Assembly: GCA_013239625.1 (NCBI GenBank)
Contig: MU053911.1
Span: forward strand, 610,132 to 674,131
DNA: 64,000 bases
From: Lama guanicoe
Lineage: Eukaryota
Reading direction: 5' to 3'
This document shows positions 51,340 through 62,896 of this stretch, piece by piece. Under the pieces are notes generated by a model, which saw only the letters and a list, made by a program, of their open reading frames with translations, was not told the origin of the DNA and did no database searches. The position numbers and the translations under genes were made by a program. Numbering within the stretch: the stretch's first letter is position 1; each line of letters opens with the position of its first letter.

Positions 51340-52740
51340 TCTGGAGCAACAAGTTATTATATTAGAAAGAAAAGCCTCAAAGCAATAATTAAAGTTTCTA
51401 TTTTAAGAATCTAGAAAAGAAGCATAAAATAAGTCAAAATAAGCAAGAGTAAAAAAAAAAAAAAAACAAAAAAAAAAAATTAATGAAATAGAAAAAAAAG
51501 AAAAATAATTTTAAAATGATACCAAACTCGGGTTCTTTGAAAATATCAATAAAAATGGTGAACTTCTACCCAGACTGTTCCAGGAAAAAAGAAGATACAA
51601 ATTACCAACATCAAAAATGAGAGGTAATGTCACTATAGACACTGAAGACACAAGACCAAAAAAGAATTAGAATAACCCCACTCCCAGAAATCAGACAACT
51701 AGATGGATAAGTTAAGATGGATTAGACAAAATGGGTAAGTTCCTTCAAAGATATAAACTGCCAAAATTCACTTAAGAAAATCAGATTATCTGAATAGATG
51801 TATTACATAAATTGGAATTGTAGTTAAAAGTTTTCTCACTTAAAAAAACCCCAAAAACATTTTAGAAAACTCTCACTAGATGGTGTCACTGGTGAACTGT
51901 ACAAAATATTTAAGAAAGAAATAATACAAATTCTACACAATTATTTCCAGAAATCAGACAAGAAAATGAAAGCTTCCAACCTATTCATAATGTCAGAATT
52001 ATTCTAATACCAAGATCCACCAAAGACATCATGAGAAAACTTCAGATAAATATTCATGAACACAGATGCAAAAATCTTCAGTGAAACACTAGGAAAGCAA
52101 ATTCAGCAACATTTAACAAAAATTATACATCGTGACTCAGCTGGGTTTATACTGGGAATCCAAGATTGGTCTAACATTTAAAAACCAACATAACTGAATA
52201 TACTAGCAGACTAAAGAAGGAAAATTAACCCACTGATGGAGAAAAAGCACTTTGCAAAATGTATACCCATTCATGACAAACACTTTCAGTAAGCTAAGAA
52301 CTGGGGAGAAAAACCTTAACATCATCAAGGGCTTCGACAAAATCCCACAACTAATGTCATAAAATCAAGAACAAGACAAAGATGTCAACGCTCCCATTCT
52401 GATTCCACATCGTACTGGGAGTCCTAACCAGTGTAAAACTGCAACAGAAACAAACAAAAGACCCACAGATTTCAAAAAGGAAACAAGACATAGGTGGAAA
52501 GCCCCAAAGAATCTGCAAGAAAGTCCCTAGAGCTCATAACTGAAATTGCTACCATAATTGACTTTGCCAGCAAAGTCATGGGATATGAACAAAAATCAAC
52601 TGTATTATTATATGCTAGCAATAAACAATTATTATATAAACAGATTTTTAACAGTATCATCTTAAATAGCACCAAAACTATGAACTACTCGGCTAGGTAT
52701 AAATCTAAGAAACATTGTACACACAGCAGAGATTGAAACA
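51340..52740 (+). mobile_element. Old L1 ORF2 fragment (linker to RT)
   Basis: ORF 52494-52736 ESPKESARKSLELI..FASKVMGY..QKSTVLLYASN resembles L1 RT; 'ggttctttgaaaatatcaataaaa', 'aacacagatgcaaaaatc'. Confidence 0.88.
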
Positions 52741-52789
52741 TTTGTCTCATTGAAGAAGATGATGACAATGACGATGATGAAGGTGTCAA

Positions 52790-53010
52790 CAACAGGACAG
52801 CAAATACTCGGACAGTGCACACTAGACACCGAGCGTGTACAGAGCAGCCCCCGGAATTCTCACGGCAGCACTGTGAAGCAAAGATGAGCACATCTCCACC
52901 TTCCACACAAGCACCCAGAGCCACACTGGAGCCTGTGCCGTGCGTGATGTGCGTCGTGGTCAATGGCCGGTAAGGAACATGGCCAAGATTTGAGCACCAG
53001 CAGCCTGGCT
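52790..53010 (-). mobile_element. Degenerate MIR-like fragment
   Basis: 'acagcaaatactc', 'aattctcacggcagcactgtgaagca', 'gccaagatttgag..cagcctggct'. Confidence 0.4.
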
Positions 53011-53994
53011 GGGTCTGCACTTAGGCAATGAGCTCTGCTGCCTTTGTCAGATCGCTATTTATCCTCTTAACCTTGCCCTCTGGCAGCAAGTAGCGCATTC
53101 ATTACACTCTCCTTGTTTAAATCCAATGAATACATTTTGTTTTCAGCCAGAATACTGACTGATACAAAACGTTAACATGAATGACTCTTAAAAAGCAAGT
53201 AGCCAAAGAACACTTGCAGCATGATATCATCTCTACAAATTTCAAAGCATGAAATTGGATAATATATTGTTTAGAAACATCTGGATAAAATTATAAAGAA
53301 AAGCCTGGCAAGGTTTTAAAAAAAATATTGCTGCAAGGAGGTGCTAACGGCATGATGGGGGTGGGGCAGAGGAATGGAATCAGGGGTTCCAGCGACTTTA
53401 ATGTCAGTGGCCCATCCCTCGAATCGCATGGATGGGTTTATAGGTTATACTTTCATGATACTTCATAATATATTACTTTATATGGGCAATGTATTTCACA
53501 CTACACAATAAACATAGAAAAGTGCCCATGTCCCGCATGAGGTACAATTTTTAAGTTAACTATATGAGGAGTTAGGTAAAGATGACAAGTTTATTGATTT
53601 AATACTGACTATTGACCTCTAGGTGCTGAGCATGATTCCAAACACTGGGACGCAGCTTTCTAGGGTGGACCCCATACCACATGCAGTGTGAAAAATAAAC
53701 TAAGGGAAGGGGACAGAATCTCTACTGAAAATCGTAGATTTTGAGGACAGTTGAATAAGCAATTATTAATTTTTAAAAAGGAGTAAATGGGAGAGAAGAA
53801 AATGAAGTCTACAGGTAAGTAAAAGCTTTAGTATTTGTGTCTTTGTTTATAACCCAGTCATTGTATTTCCAATCTACACACATTTTCCAGCCGTTTCAGT
53901 CACCAGCAAATCAGTAACAAATAATATATAAGTTGAGGTGTAGCAGGTTAACCTGACACAAAAATCAGAATGATTCTGAGTTATCACCAAAGGG

Positions 53995-54170
53995 GTAGGA
54001 ATGACTCATTTGACAAATGTCTCTTGATGGCTCTTGTATACCGGGCCCTGCGTTAAATACAAGAAATAAAATGACCAGCAAAAAACCGCTGTCTCTGACC
54101 TCAAGAAGCTTACCCTCCAAGGACGGAGGACTGATAAACAAGGGTGAAGACAGTTTGGGGGAAGGAGCAT
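53995..54170 (-). mobile_element. L2 3' end fragment
   Basis: 'actcatttgacaaatgtctcttga...ccgggccctgcg...tctctgacctcaagaagcttac'. Confidence 0.6.
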
Positions 54171-57100
54171 AGGTCTGTAAGTGCAGCTCGGGGGGCGGAG
54201 GAGGAGGCTTCATGGACCCACACCCGTCTGGACCCAGCAGCCAAGGGAAGGGCCTCGCCCAACCCTGTGCACCTGGCCTGGGAGGCCCTTCCTTTCTTCC
54301 AACCGCAGGTGGAAGCGATGGCAGAGCTCTGGGAGCGTAGGTGACAGTCTAACCCTGGTGCATGGCGGGGACCAGCCTGGAAGGCGCCCTGTGGAGGCGG
54401 TGACTGTCCCCGAGGTTCTGCAGCCCCCAAGGCGGGGCAGCATCGGGGTGGCGGTACAGCTGACAGATGCGGAGACACTCGGCAGGGAGATCTGGCAGAA
54501 CTCAGGGATGGATTTGTACTCTTCACCAATCAGAATCAAGTTACCAGTGGAAGAAGGACCTTTCTTCAGAGCCCAACATAACCAATATCTTATTAACACA
54601 ACAGAGGGGGAGCCAAGATGACCTGACAAAGAAACGAAAGAAGGAAGGGAGGGAGGGAGGCAGGGAGGAGAAAAGGAAAGAAAAAGAAAGAGAAAAAAGT
54701 CAGGAGATGATGAAGCGGTAATTCGCACGGGAGCGCTGGGCAGCCTTCCAAGTATCGCTGAGACAGAGCTTCCAGACCATGTAGCCCCGTGACAGCGAAC
54801 CAGCACCTCCCATCAGACGGTGAACCGCTCACCAGCATCTGTGTGATGTCCTGTCGGGCGTGTCTCCATTCCACCACGTCGCAAATACAACCAGAGACGG
54901 AAATGACTCCACCTGGGGGGTCGCCGAAAACCCACAGCAAACTTCTCCCATCCTGACTCGTAGACTCCATCCGATAGCTGCTTCCTTGCAAGCGAAAGGG
55001 CATTTCCCTCCGACTGAGTGGCAGGATTAGCACTCTAAGCTCTGGAAAAACAAGAGTTCCCACTTAAAGCACTAGGTAAGATAAATCTGACTCATTAGCG
55101 GACCAAGCAGACATACTAAGCAAAAGCACACGAAGCCCTGATTTTTGTTCATATCTTATTCCCAGCACGGGCAAGCACATAAGCTCTAGCACTAACCTAA
55201 CAGTTTCACCCAGAGGCTGACAGCACATCTTGCTGTGTCAGAAGTACACAGCCCACATGGCCGGCAGACCGTCAAACCTCAGGCAAGGCTGTGACGAGGC
55301 CCCGCAGAATGGAGCAGTGCCCAAGGAATGCACTCCACAGAGGCCAATGCCAGCGCAAATCTGTAGACAGCCGCAGGAAACAGAAGTCCAAAGCTATTCT
55401 TTTATTGGGGTTGGGTATCTTGGGGATTAGAGATAAAAGATTTATACCTCTAGGCTGTCGAGCTTAAATGAACTGAAGGAATGAGTAACTTAAAATATCA
55501 GAAAACAGATTGTGCTGTTCTAACACTTAGATGAAGTTATTTGTGGAAAGGGTGCTGGCTTCTCTGCTTCATACAAACCTTGGAGTGAGGGTTTATTAAT
55601 AACTGAGTCGTTCCCTGAGAAATATGAGAACTTAGCTTCTTTTCAATTGAGAATTATTCAAAAATGTCGCTAATCCTACCGCACTACAACCAAACCGGGG
55701 TTGAAGCTGGAACTCACATCTTTGGAAACAATTCTTATCTTGACACAAATGGGTGAGGAGTTTATGTCTGCAGCTTTTGAGCAGCAGAAGTTTGGATGTG
55801 AACCCCATTATAATTAAATGACGTTTCTGCGTGATATCTAATCAATATTTTGAAAGCCAATGCTAATTTAAATTTTTATCAAAGTCAAGCAAGCTGTGAA
55901 ACACTTTCCACTGCGACCATAAAAAGAGTCCACAGACCTGGAATCCTCTACGCTCTGGCCAGCTCAGGCAACGGACATCCTTTTTGTGTTTTGCGTGATA
56001 GTTTGTCTCACGTCTGTGTCTTTAAGGTAATGTTTGTCCTGTCTCTGACAAGGGTTTTCATTCCCGAGGACTGAAAACCTGTCTTCTGTCTTCTCAGGGA
56101 TTTTTTTTCTCCAGCACATAGTGAATAATCCATATGTAGTTAATTAAGGATTATATAAAGTGTAATCTTATAGTAAATTTTGGTTTAATTGCTTTATTTA
56201 AAAAATTTTTTTTCTTCAGAACGTTAATGAATAAACACGATTTGCCTGTGTTTAGAGGAGAAGGAGAAAAACCACGTAAAGCCAGCAGAGCAAATCTGAT
56301 GAGCTCAATCCCCCTGCTGGGGAAATGCTCGGTGGGAGCGAGCAGGAAATGTGAATTATGGACTACTTTCAAAATACACAGTATTAGCTCTTCCAATTAC
56401 ACGCTGTGTTCTAAATCAAGTAACAAAGTAGCCCCAACTTCCCATTTTCAAGGGAGATGGACAGGATGTTTTTATGAACTGTCACAACCAGAGAGCCCCA
56501 CAGGCTTGAAAGCCGTCTCCCTTATTATGTTAAATATTAACCAGCATTGCTGTTGCTCCTTTGCCAAGTGTGGAATTCTCTAGTCAGTTGATTTTCAGTA
56601 TTTCATATATGTTGTCCAAGCCAGACATACTCTGCAGACAGGTGGGGCCACGTCTCTCTCGTCACCAAAATGGCTAGGAAACTGGGGCAGGACATGGTCT
56701 CCTTAGTATTTCTCTCCAAGTTGACTTGTAGCCATCACAAGGTGTGGGGCAAGGATATATAGGAATATAATGAAGTCAACGGACTCAAGACACCTGGCTT
56801 AGCCGGTCAGCCTTTAAGCAGCCCTGAGAGCTTGGAGCTGACAGCACATGACACCCTGGCTTTGCTGGTTACAGCAAAATGGACATGGGACGGGTGACCA
56901 TGAGGACCAAGTCTGCTGCTCAGAACAAGCCTGGAAAATAAAGGTGATACGTGAAGTATAAACAGATAAACACAGGTTGTCGTTAGGGTTTTCCTTGGCC
57001 AAAAAAATTAATCTCAGTTCTAGTCAGAGAGTTAATGAACATCGTGTCAGTCATCACGAGGAAGGCCGAAACCAGCCACCACGGCCAAGGGTAAAGAGTT

Positions 57101-57369
57101 AACAGCAGGCAGCGGACGCCGGCGGGGCATGAGCGGCCTAATTCGCTGCTGTCAGCAGGCGTTTCCGGAGCACGTGAGAACGCGCTGCCGACACGTCGGC
57201 GGGTCATCAATACACATTAGACTCGATGCTGTAAAGCCGCTCTTCCCGGAAGCGATGCTCCCCACTTCCCAGCCTGCCCCAAGCTCGCCCGGGAAGGCAT
57301 GAGTGGGCTCCGACCTTGCGATCACGCCCTTCCCCTCCACAGCCCCCCAGCCCCTGCCACCCACAGTGC

Positions 57370-57690
57370 GGTTTTCAGATGGCAGCAGGAGGAATCCCTG
57401 CGCTGATACAACTGTTCTGTGTCCTGACTCTGGTGCTGGATGCACAAAGCTCCACATGTGATAAAACTGCATAGAGCTGCACCGACAACCACGGTGGGAC
57501 CGAGCAAAACTCGGGAAACCCGACCAGCCCCAAGGGCTGCATTAATGTCAGTCTCCTGGTTGAGAAACTGTGTTAGAGTTTCTTAGATAATTCTCATTGA
57601 AGGAAATTGTAAAAACTCATAGGGTCTCTAATTTCTTACAACTGCATGTGAGTTTACAATGATATCCAAAATAGGTTTAATTTAAAAAAG
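57370..57690 (+). mobile_element. L1MD-like 3' end
   Basis: 'cacatgtgataaaactgcatagag', 'aatgtcagtctcctggttg', 'atttcttacaactgcatgtgagtttacaat'. Confidence 0.8.
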
Positions 57691-58180
57691 CATCAGGAGA
57701 ACATTTTGGGATTCTTATAATTTAGCATCGTTTCAATCCAGGTACATCTCCTGGGGACACCAGAAGTACGTCAGGCCTCAGGCTCTGCCAAGGCCCAGGG
57801 TGCCTGCGGTTCTCGGGAGGAAGGCCGCGTCACACCCACAGGCACGCGGCCCCGAGCCCCGAGGCTCCGGGCCAGCAGGAACGGTGTGACTTACTGGACT
57901 TCTGCCCGAGAAGCCCCTTGTGCCCCCACAGACACAGGTCACGTCTATCAGTTCCCAGCTCCGAGGGGCCTCAAATATTCACTTTCTTTCCCCACTGCCG
58001 AGACCATCTTTTCACTTAATTTAGTTCCAACGTCTCAATCCTGACCCTCAAAATTCTCTAGACATGGAGGAAGACGCCCAGCTTCGCTCTGATCCTCCTG
58101 TTTCCCTCCCTATCAGGGGTAAACCCCAGCCCAGCCCAGGTCCAGGGAGCATTCTCTACATCGCAAAGCAGCTGCAGCAT

Positions 58181-58287
58181 GGCAGCGTACCTCAGTGGTT
58201 ACAGTGAGTGCTTAGCATGCACGAAGTCCCACACTTAAATAACTGTCTAAATAAATAAACCTAATCACCTCCCCCTCTCTGCAAAAA
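58181..58287 (+). mobile_element. Internally deleted Vic-1-like SINE
   Basis: 'ctcagtggttacagtgagtgcttagcatgcacgaagtcc...aaacctaatcacctcccc'; TSD gcagctgcagca on both sides. Confidence 0.85.
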
Positions 58288-58669
58288 ATGCAGCTGCAGC
58301 AGATTTTAACATTTCCCCTGTGATCTTCGGTTCTCAAACCCAGACCAGGCTCTGGGTGTCACATCCTCCATTAGGGCAGGATCTGAAACAATCTTCCGTG
58401 AAATCGGGATTCCAGCTTGGTCCCCTGAAGCTGAACCTAAAACGTGAGCCCATCTCTTTGTCCCTCTTTGAGTTAGAAGATCTACAGTAAACACCTAAAC
58501 AGGTAAAATGTAATTCCAGATGGTGACAGGTGTCTTAAGACAAGAAAGACATGGTGCGCGCATGCACACGGGTGACACTGCCCCAGGCACGAGTGCCCGA
58601 GGTGAGGCCTGTCGGCGGGTCTAACATTTGTCTGTTGAACTAAGACGTGTTTGCAGAGCCTGAATAAGA

Positions 58670-58770
58670 CATGGGTGCTGACTGGAAGTGCAGACTCTCG
58701 GGCCCTGCCCCAGACCTGCTGCATCAGACTCTGCATTTTAATCAGGCCCCTCAAGCCATTCCAGGGCAAG
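58670..58770. mobile_element. MER5A-like fragment
   Basis: 'tgcagactctcgggccctgccccagacctgctgcatcagactctgcattttaa'. Confidence 0.75.
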
Positions 58771-60427
58771 AAGCAGGTTGCCAAGTAGTGGTTCCACCTG
58801 ACGGTGGCTGTGTCCTCCACAGAATGCGACCATGACAGGCCATCATCGGCAGGTTCTGTCTGTCAGCTCTGCCCCTCGGCTGAAGCTGTGCCCCGCCCGC
58901 CCTCTGCCAGTTTAGGCGCCCTGGAAGCTTCTCCCACAGTGTCCTGCACAAGCTCAACTCATTGCCTGTCGTGAGTAATTCCGTCCCCAGCGCCTCAGAG
59001 CCCTGTGAGACAGGGACAGCCTTTCCTCCAGAACAGAGCCTGCCATGTTGCAGGCTTTGACAAACAGACAATTAAAATGATACTTGATCATTTAGTGAAT
59101 TTAAATGATGACCTTTAAGTCAAAAAATACAGAGCAGGGTCATGGAGCACTATGAGCAGAATAACTTCAAGTTGGCTAGTCCTTGCTGGCTGCTGACAGA
59201 ATGATTGCTTTGTCAGTCCATTCGGTCCATTCACGGCCGACAACTGTATCCAGGAAAGCTAACTCTGATGTAATATGTACTTAATAAGTATTTACTAAAA
59301 ATATTTTAAATCTTTTTTCTTTGGTACACACTTGGAAACGCGTGAAGTGTGGGTGGGGCTGTGTGGGCGGGCTGGAGTGGAGTGCTCTGTGCTGTCCTAG
59401 CCTGAAAGGGACGGGCGCACACGTGGACCCGCAGGAAGGAAGGGCGGGAGGATGCACCACAAGTTTTCTGGTCACAGACGTCCCACCTCCTCTGGCGTGT
59501 CTCCGAGAAGACCCTCCGTCCAACAAGCCCCCTTCCAGCTGCATTTTCCCAATATCTCCCTCTGTGACGAGCGTGGTAAGGGCTCCTCTTTTTCCTTCTT
59601 GTTTTCTTTCAGCCGCAGCATCGGCTAAGTCCTCCCAGAACAGCGTTCGGAATTGTGCGCTAATGTGTGTTACTGCTTTTCATCAGGGTATTGATTCTGA
59701 TTTTAACTTTCACCGAAAGGAAGGTAGACGCTGTTGACTGTGAGCCTGGGTCCCCTGCGGTTCCCAGTGATGTTTTATCGGCTGTTTTGCCGTGAGGTAA
59801 TCTTCCTGCTTCCCTCCTCGGGGACACAAACTCTCCACGACTCTCGGAGCCGCGCTCCCTCACGGGGGACTTGCTTCCCCTCACTACCCTTGTCCTGTCA
59901 CCATGCTTCCACTCTGCCGCTCAGCACCCTAACTCTGGGTGCCAAGGTGAATAAACCGCACTTCAGAACGCCCAACAGCTCCACCTTCACAACCACACAG
60001 CCCCCAGGTTCGAGCAACGCTGTGCCCCAGACATAGCATCTCGCTTTGTCTTTCTTTCTTTAATTTCCTCAAGGTCTTTGGCAGTCCAGTCTGGAAAAGT
60101 GAAAGCTCTTTACCCAAAAGACATTGCGTCATCCTGAACAGCCCTCTCTGACGGTCTCCAGCAAGAACCGGAGCAGAGGTGGCGGGGGGGGGGGGGGGCT
60201 CCCGCTCCAGCTGTTGGGAGCAGTCTCGGCTGGGAGAAGGCTTTCTAATCCCCCCACGGGCACTGGGAATGCTGGAGCTGCCGATATTCCTGGAGCTGCT
60301 CCCCAGCAGGTCGAACACCCAACTGCCCGGGCTTTTCCTGGACAGTCTTCCTCGTTGTTTCTGTTTAGCAGAATCCTTTCTGCAGGGGCTGGGGTTTATA
60401 TATAATGTATGTATGTGTGTATATATA

Positions 60428-60634
60428 TGTATATTTTATTGAAGGACAGTCAGTTACATTGTGTCAATGCCTGGTGTCCAGCATCATGTCCCAGTCATGC
60501 ACATACATACATGTATTTGTTTTCATATTCTTTGTCATTAAAGGTTATTACAAGATATTGAATAGAGCTCCCTGTGCTGTACATAAGAAATTTGGATTTT
60601 TATCTATTTTTATGCATAGTGGTTAACCTTTGCA
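60428..60634 (-). mobile_element. Short young L1 3' end
   Basis: Homologous to 10058-10255. Confidence 0.9.
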
Positions 60635-60723
60635 GCTTGCTGCTTTGAATTACCTCTCTCCTGCCCCAGGCAGCCTTATGCCCCAAACCTGGGAACCCAT
60701 GGAAAACTCTGCTATGTGAACCT

Positions 60724-60884
60724 TTTTTGGTTTTGTTTTTTGGTTTTCTTTTTTTTTCTGAGGGGGGTAATTAGGTTTATTTAGTTAGTTTGTTAGTTAG
60801 CTAGTTTAACGGAGGTGCTGGGGATTGAACTCACGACCTCGTGCGTGCTAAGCACGCGCTCCACCCCGAGCCGTACCTCCCACC
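60724..60884 (-). mobile_element. Vic-1-like SINE, CpG-rich copy
   Basis: 'gggtaattaggttt...ggaggtgctggggattgaactcacgacctcgtgcgtgctaagc'; TSD atgtgaaccttt / acgtgaacttt. Confidence 0.9.
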
Positions 60885-60899
60885 ACGTGAACTTTCTTA

Positions 60900-61670
60900 C
60901 TTGGGTTCATAGGACTTCGCGCTCCTTCCGTCGTGTGCCGGGCACTCGCTCAGCCACAGTCGCCCCAGTTCCCAGGAGACCCTCATCGCAAGCACACACG
61001 GGGCTTTGCGGGGACGCGGGGGGCGGGGCTGTCTCCGCTCGCCCCCAGCCGCAGACGGGGTGCGGGGCGCTCCTGAAGCGGCCGCTGGCGCGGAGCCCGC
61101 CAGGCGCCGGGAGCCGCGCGCTCGGTCCGCGGAGCTCAGCCTTCGTCTTCATCCCGCCATGAGAGCGTGCTTGAGGACGGGCAGCCTCCGGCTTCTGCGT
61201 GCGGCCTGGTCCCTCAGCTGCGTCTCCTCCCGCGCCTGCGCCGACCAGCGTCTCAACGGGGAGCCTCGGGCGAGCCCGGGCGCCCGGAGCGGGTGCTGCC
61301 CGGACTGAGAGCCGGGCGCTGGGTGCTCGCCAGCGGGACGTGTCCGGCCGGCCACAGACGAGACTCCCGTCTGTCCCCCGGGGCCAGCGAAGGGGCAGAA
61401 GCCCCGGCGCCGCGCCCGGCGTCACCCCGCCCGCCCGGCTCAGCCAGCCTGGGGCTACTGTCCGTCTGTGCTAGTTCTCGGACGGGAGGCGGCACCCGTC
61501 CCCCGAGGAACGAGAGAAGGTTCTGCTGGAGGCAAACCGCCACCCACGTTCAGGGCTTCGGGGAAGGGAGGAGCTGAGACGATCGCTGCCATTCCCGCCC
61601 TGCGCACCCGCCGGCGCTCCGCGGCGCTGGCCACGTGCCACGCGGTGCGGCCCCCTCCCGTCCCTTCCGA
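60900..61670. promoter_or_regulatory. CpG island / probable promoter
   Basis: ~770 bp of very high GC and CpG, GC boxes, G4 motif at 61001-61028, CACGTG near 61632. Confidence 0.85.
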
Positions 61671-61684
61671 GACTTGATGTGACG

Positions 61685-61830
61685 ATTTCATCTAATCCTC
61701 AAAGAAAATACTCCCCTCTTGTGTCTCCGGGCAAAGATGATTCTTGGCTCCGTTTTTACAGACGAGGAAACTGAGGCAACTTAAGGCCGCACAGCGGCCG
61801 TGACGGAGCAGACGCCTGGCGCCAGGTCTG
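61685..61830 (-). mobile_element. MIR fragment
   Basis: 'atctaatcctca...ccgtttttacagacgaggaaactgaggc..aaggccgcacagc'. Confidence 0.7.
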
Positions 61831-62865
61831 CTTTAGTTTGAAAGTCTGTGCGGTTCCTCGCTCAGCAGGGCGCTCTTACAACAACATACAAAGTAATGTC
61901 AAAAAACCGAGGTTACTTTTCACCGAGTTGTCAGGTCAGTTGAAGACTAAAACCCCGAGGGTGACATAATCCAAAGAAGAGCTGGTTGTTAGGGTCACGG
62001 GCAGGCACGTGCCCAGTAACTACCTTTCAGTATCAGACACAAAAATCAAAGAAGGGAAAGAAATTACCTAAGTGCCGCTTGTTGACTGCACTGGGCAGTC
62101 AGTGTTGGTGTGTCCATGGTACCTGGGAGGGACCTCAGACGTGCCAGCAAAACCACACCATCAACAGGACATCAGCTCAGCAACCTGACTGAGAACAGGA
62201 GCATTTCTAGTTCTACAGATACTTACTTGTGACATCTGGACACATGGTTTTAAAACCTTTAACTGAAGAGGACAAAAGCTATTCATTTAATTAACCAAAT
62301 ATTTAACGAGATTCCACTTCACATCAGGACCATGGTTGACCTTGAGAATAACAGAGATTAAAGACAAACTTTACACCCCGAGGGGATTTATAACTTAGAA
62401 AAGACTTAACAGCAAATTTGCTTTAAACGGTCTTTAACACATGTGCCCCAGTTGGGTCTGAGTTTGTCACAGGCACTTTGAACCTTGGCAAATAGAGGTC
62501 GTGTCATGGAAAGGCTGTCCAGTTAGGGTTTTGGACCCTGACCACAGTCCTACTAGACTGCAGCCACTGTTCCAACCAAATCACAGAATTTATTCTACCT
62601 TCTCTGCCCACTGTACCGCCACCGGGCTATTAACCAGACTTCAACTTGACAGGTTTAAAATCCCACCTTATTTCTTGCTCACCCTAAGCTCAAGCAACTA
62701 GTGAGCAGGCAAATGACCAGAAGACGGGAAAGAGGATAAAAGCAAGCGACTGGGATGGTAACAAAGACTGTGACAGCTGAGAACTGCCCGCCACTTGTTG
62801 GCTTCTCAGGGAACCTCTTGCATAAATACAGGTGGCTTAATTTTTTAACAAGATTTCTTTTTCAG

Positions 62866-62896
62866 GGCCCTCAGCCACCAGGAGAGGAAGACAAAG
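62866..62896 (+). other. Candidate 31-nt internal exon of an unidentified transcript
   Basis: Branch-like CTTAAT, tttctttttcag| acceptor, purine-rich body, AAG|GTAAAA donor. Confidence 0.3.

Noticed and set aside
55020..55440. Possible old ERVL-type LTR
   Set aside because: Texture is suggestive, but I could not define termini, a TSD or a family
60907..61691. Overlapping Arg/Pro/Ala/Gly-rich ORFs in the CpG island
   Set aside because: Stop-codon depletion in high-GC DNA opens multiple frames on both strands
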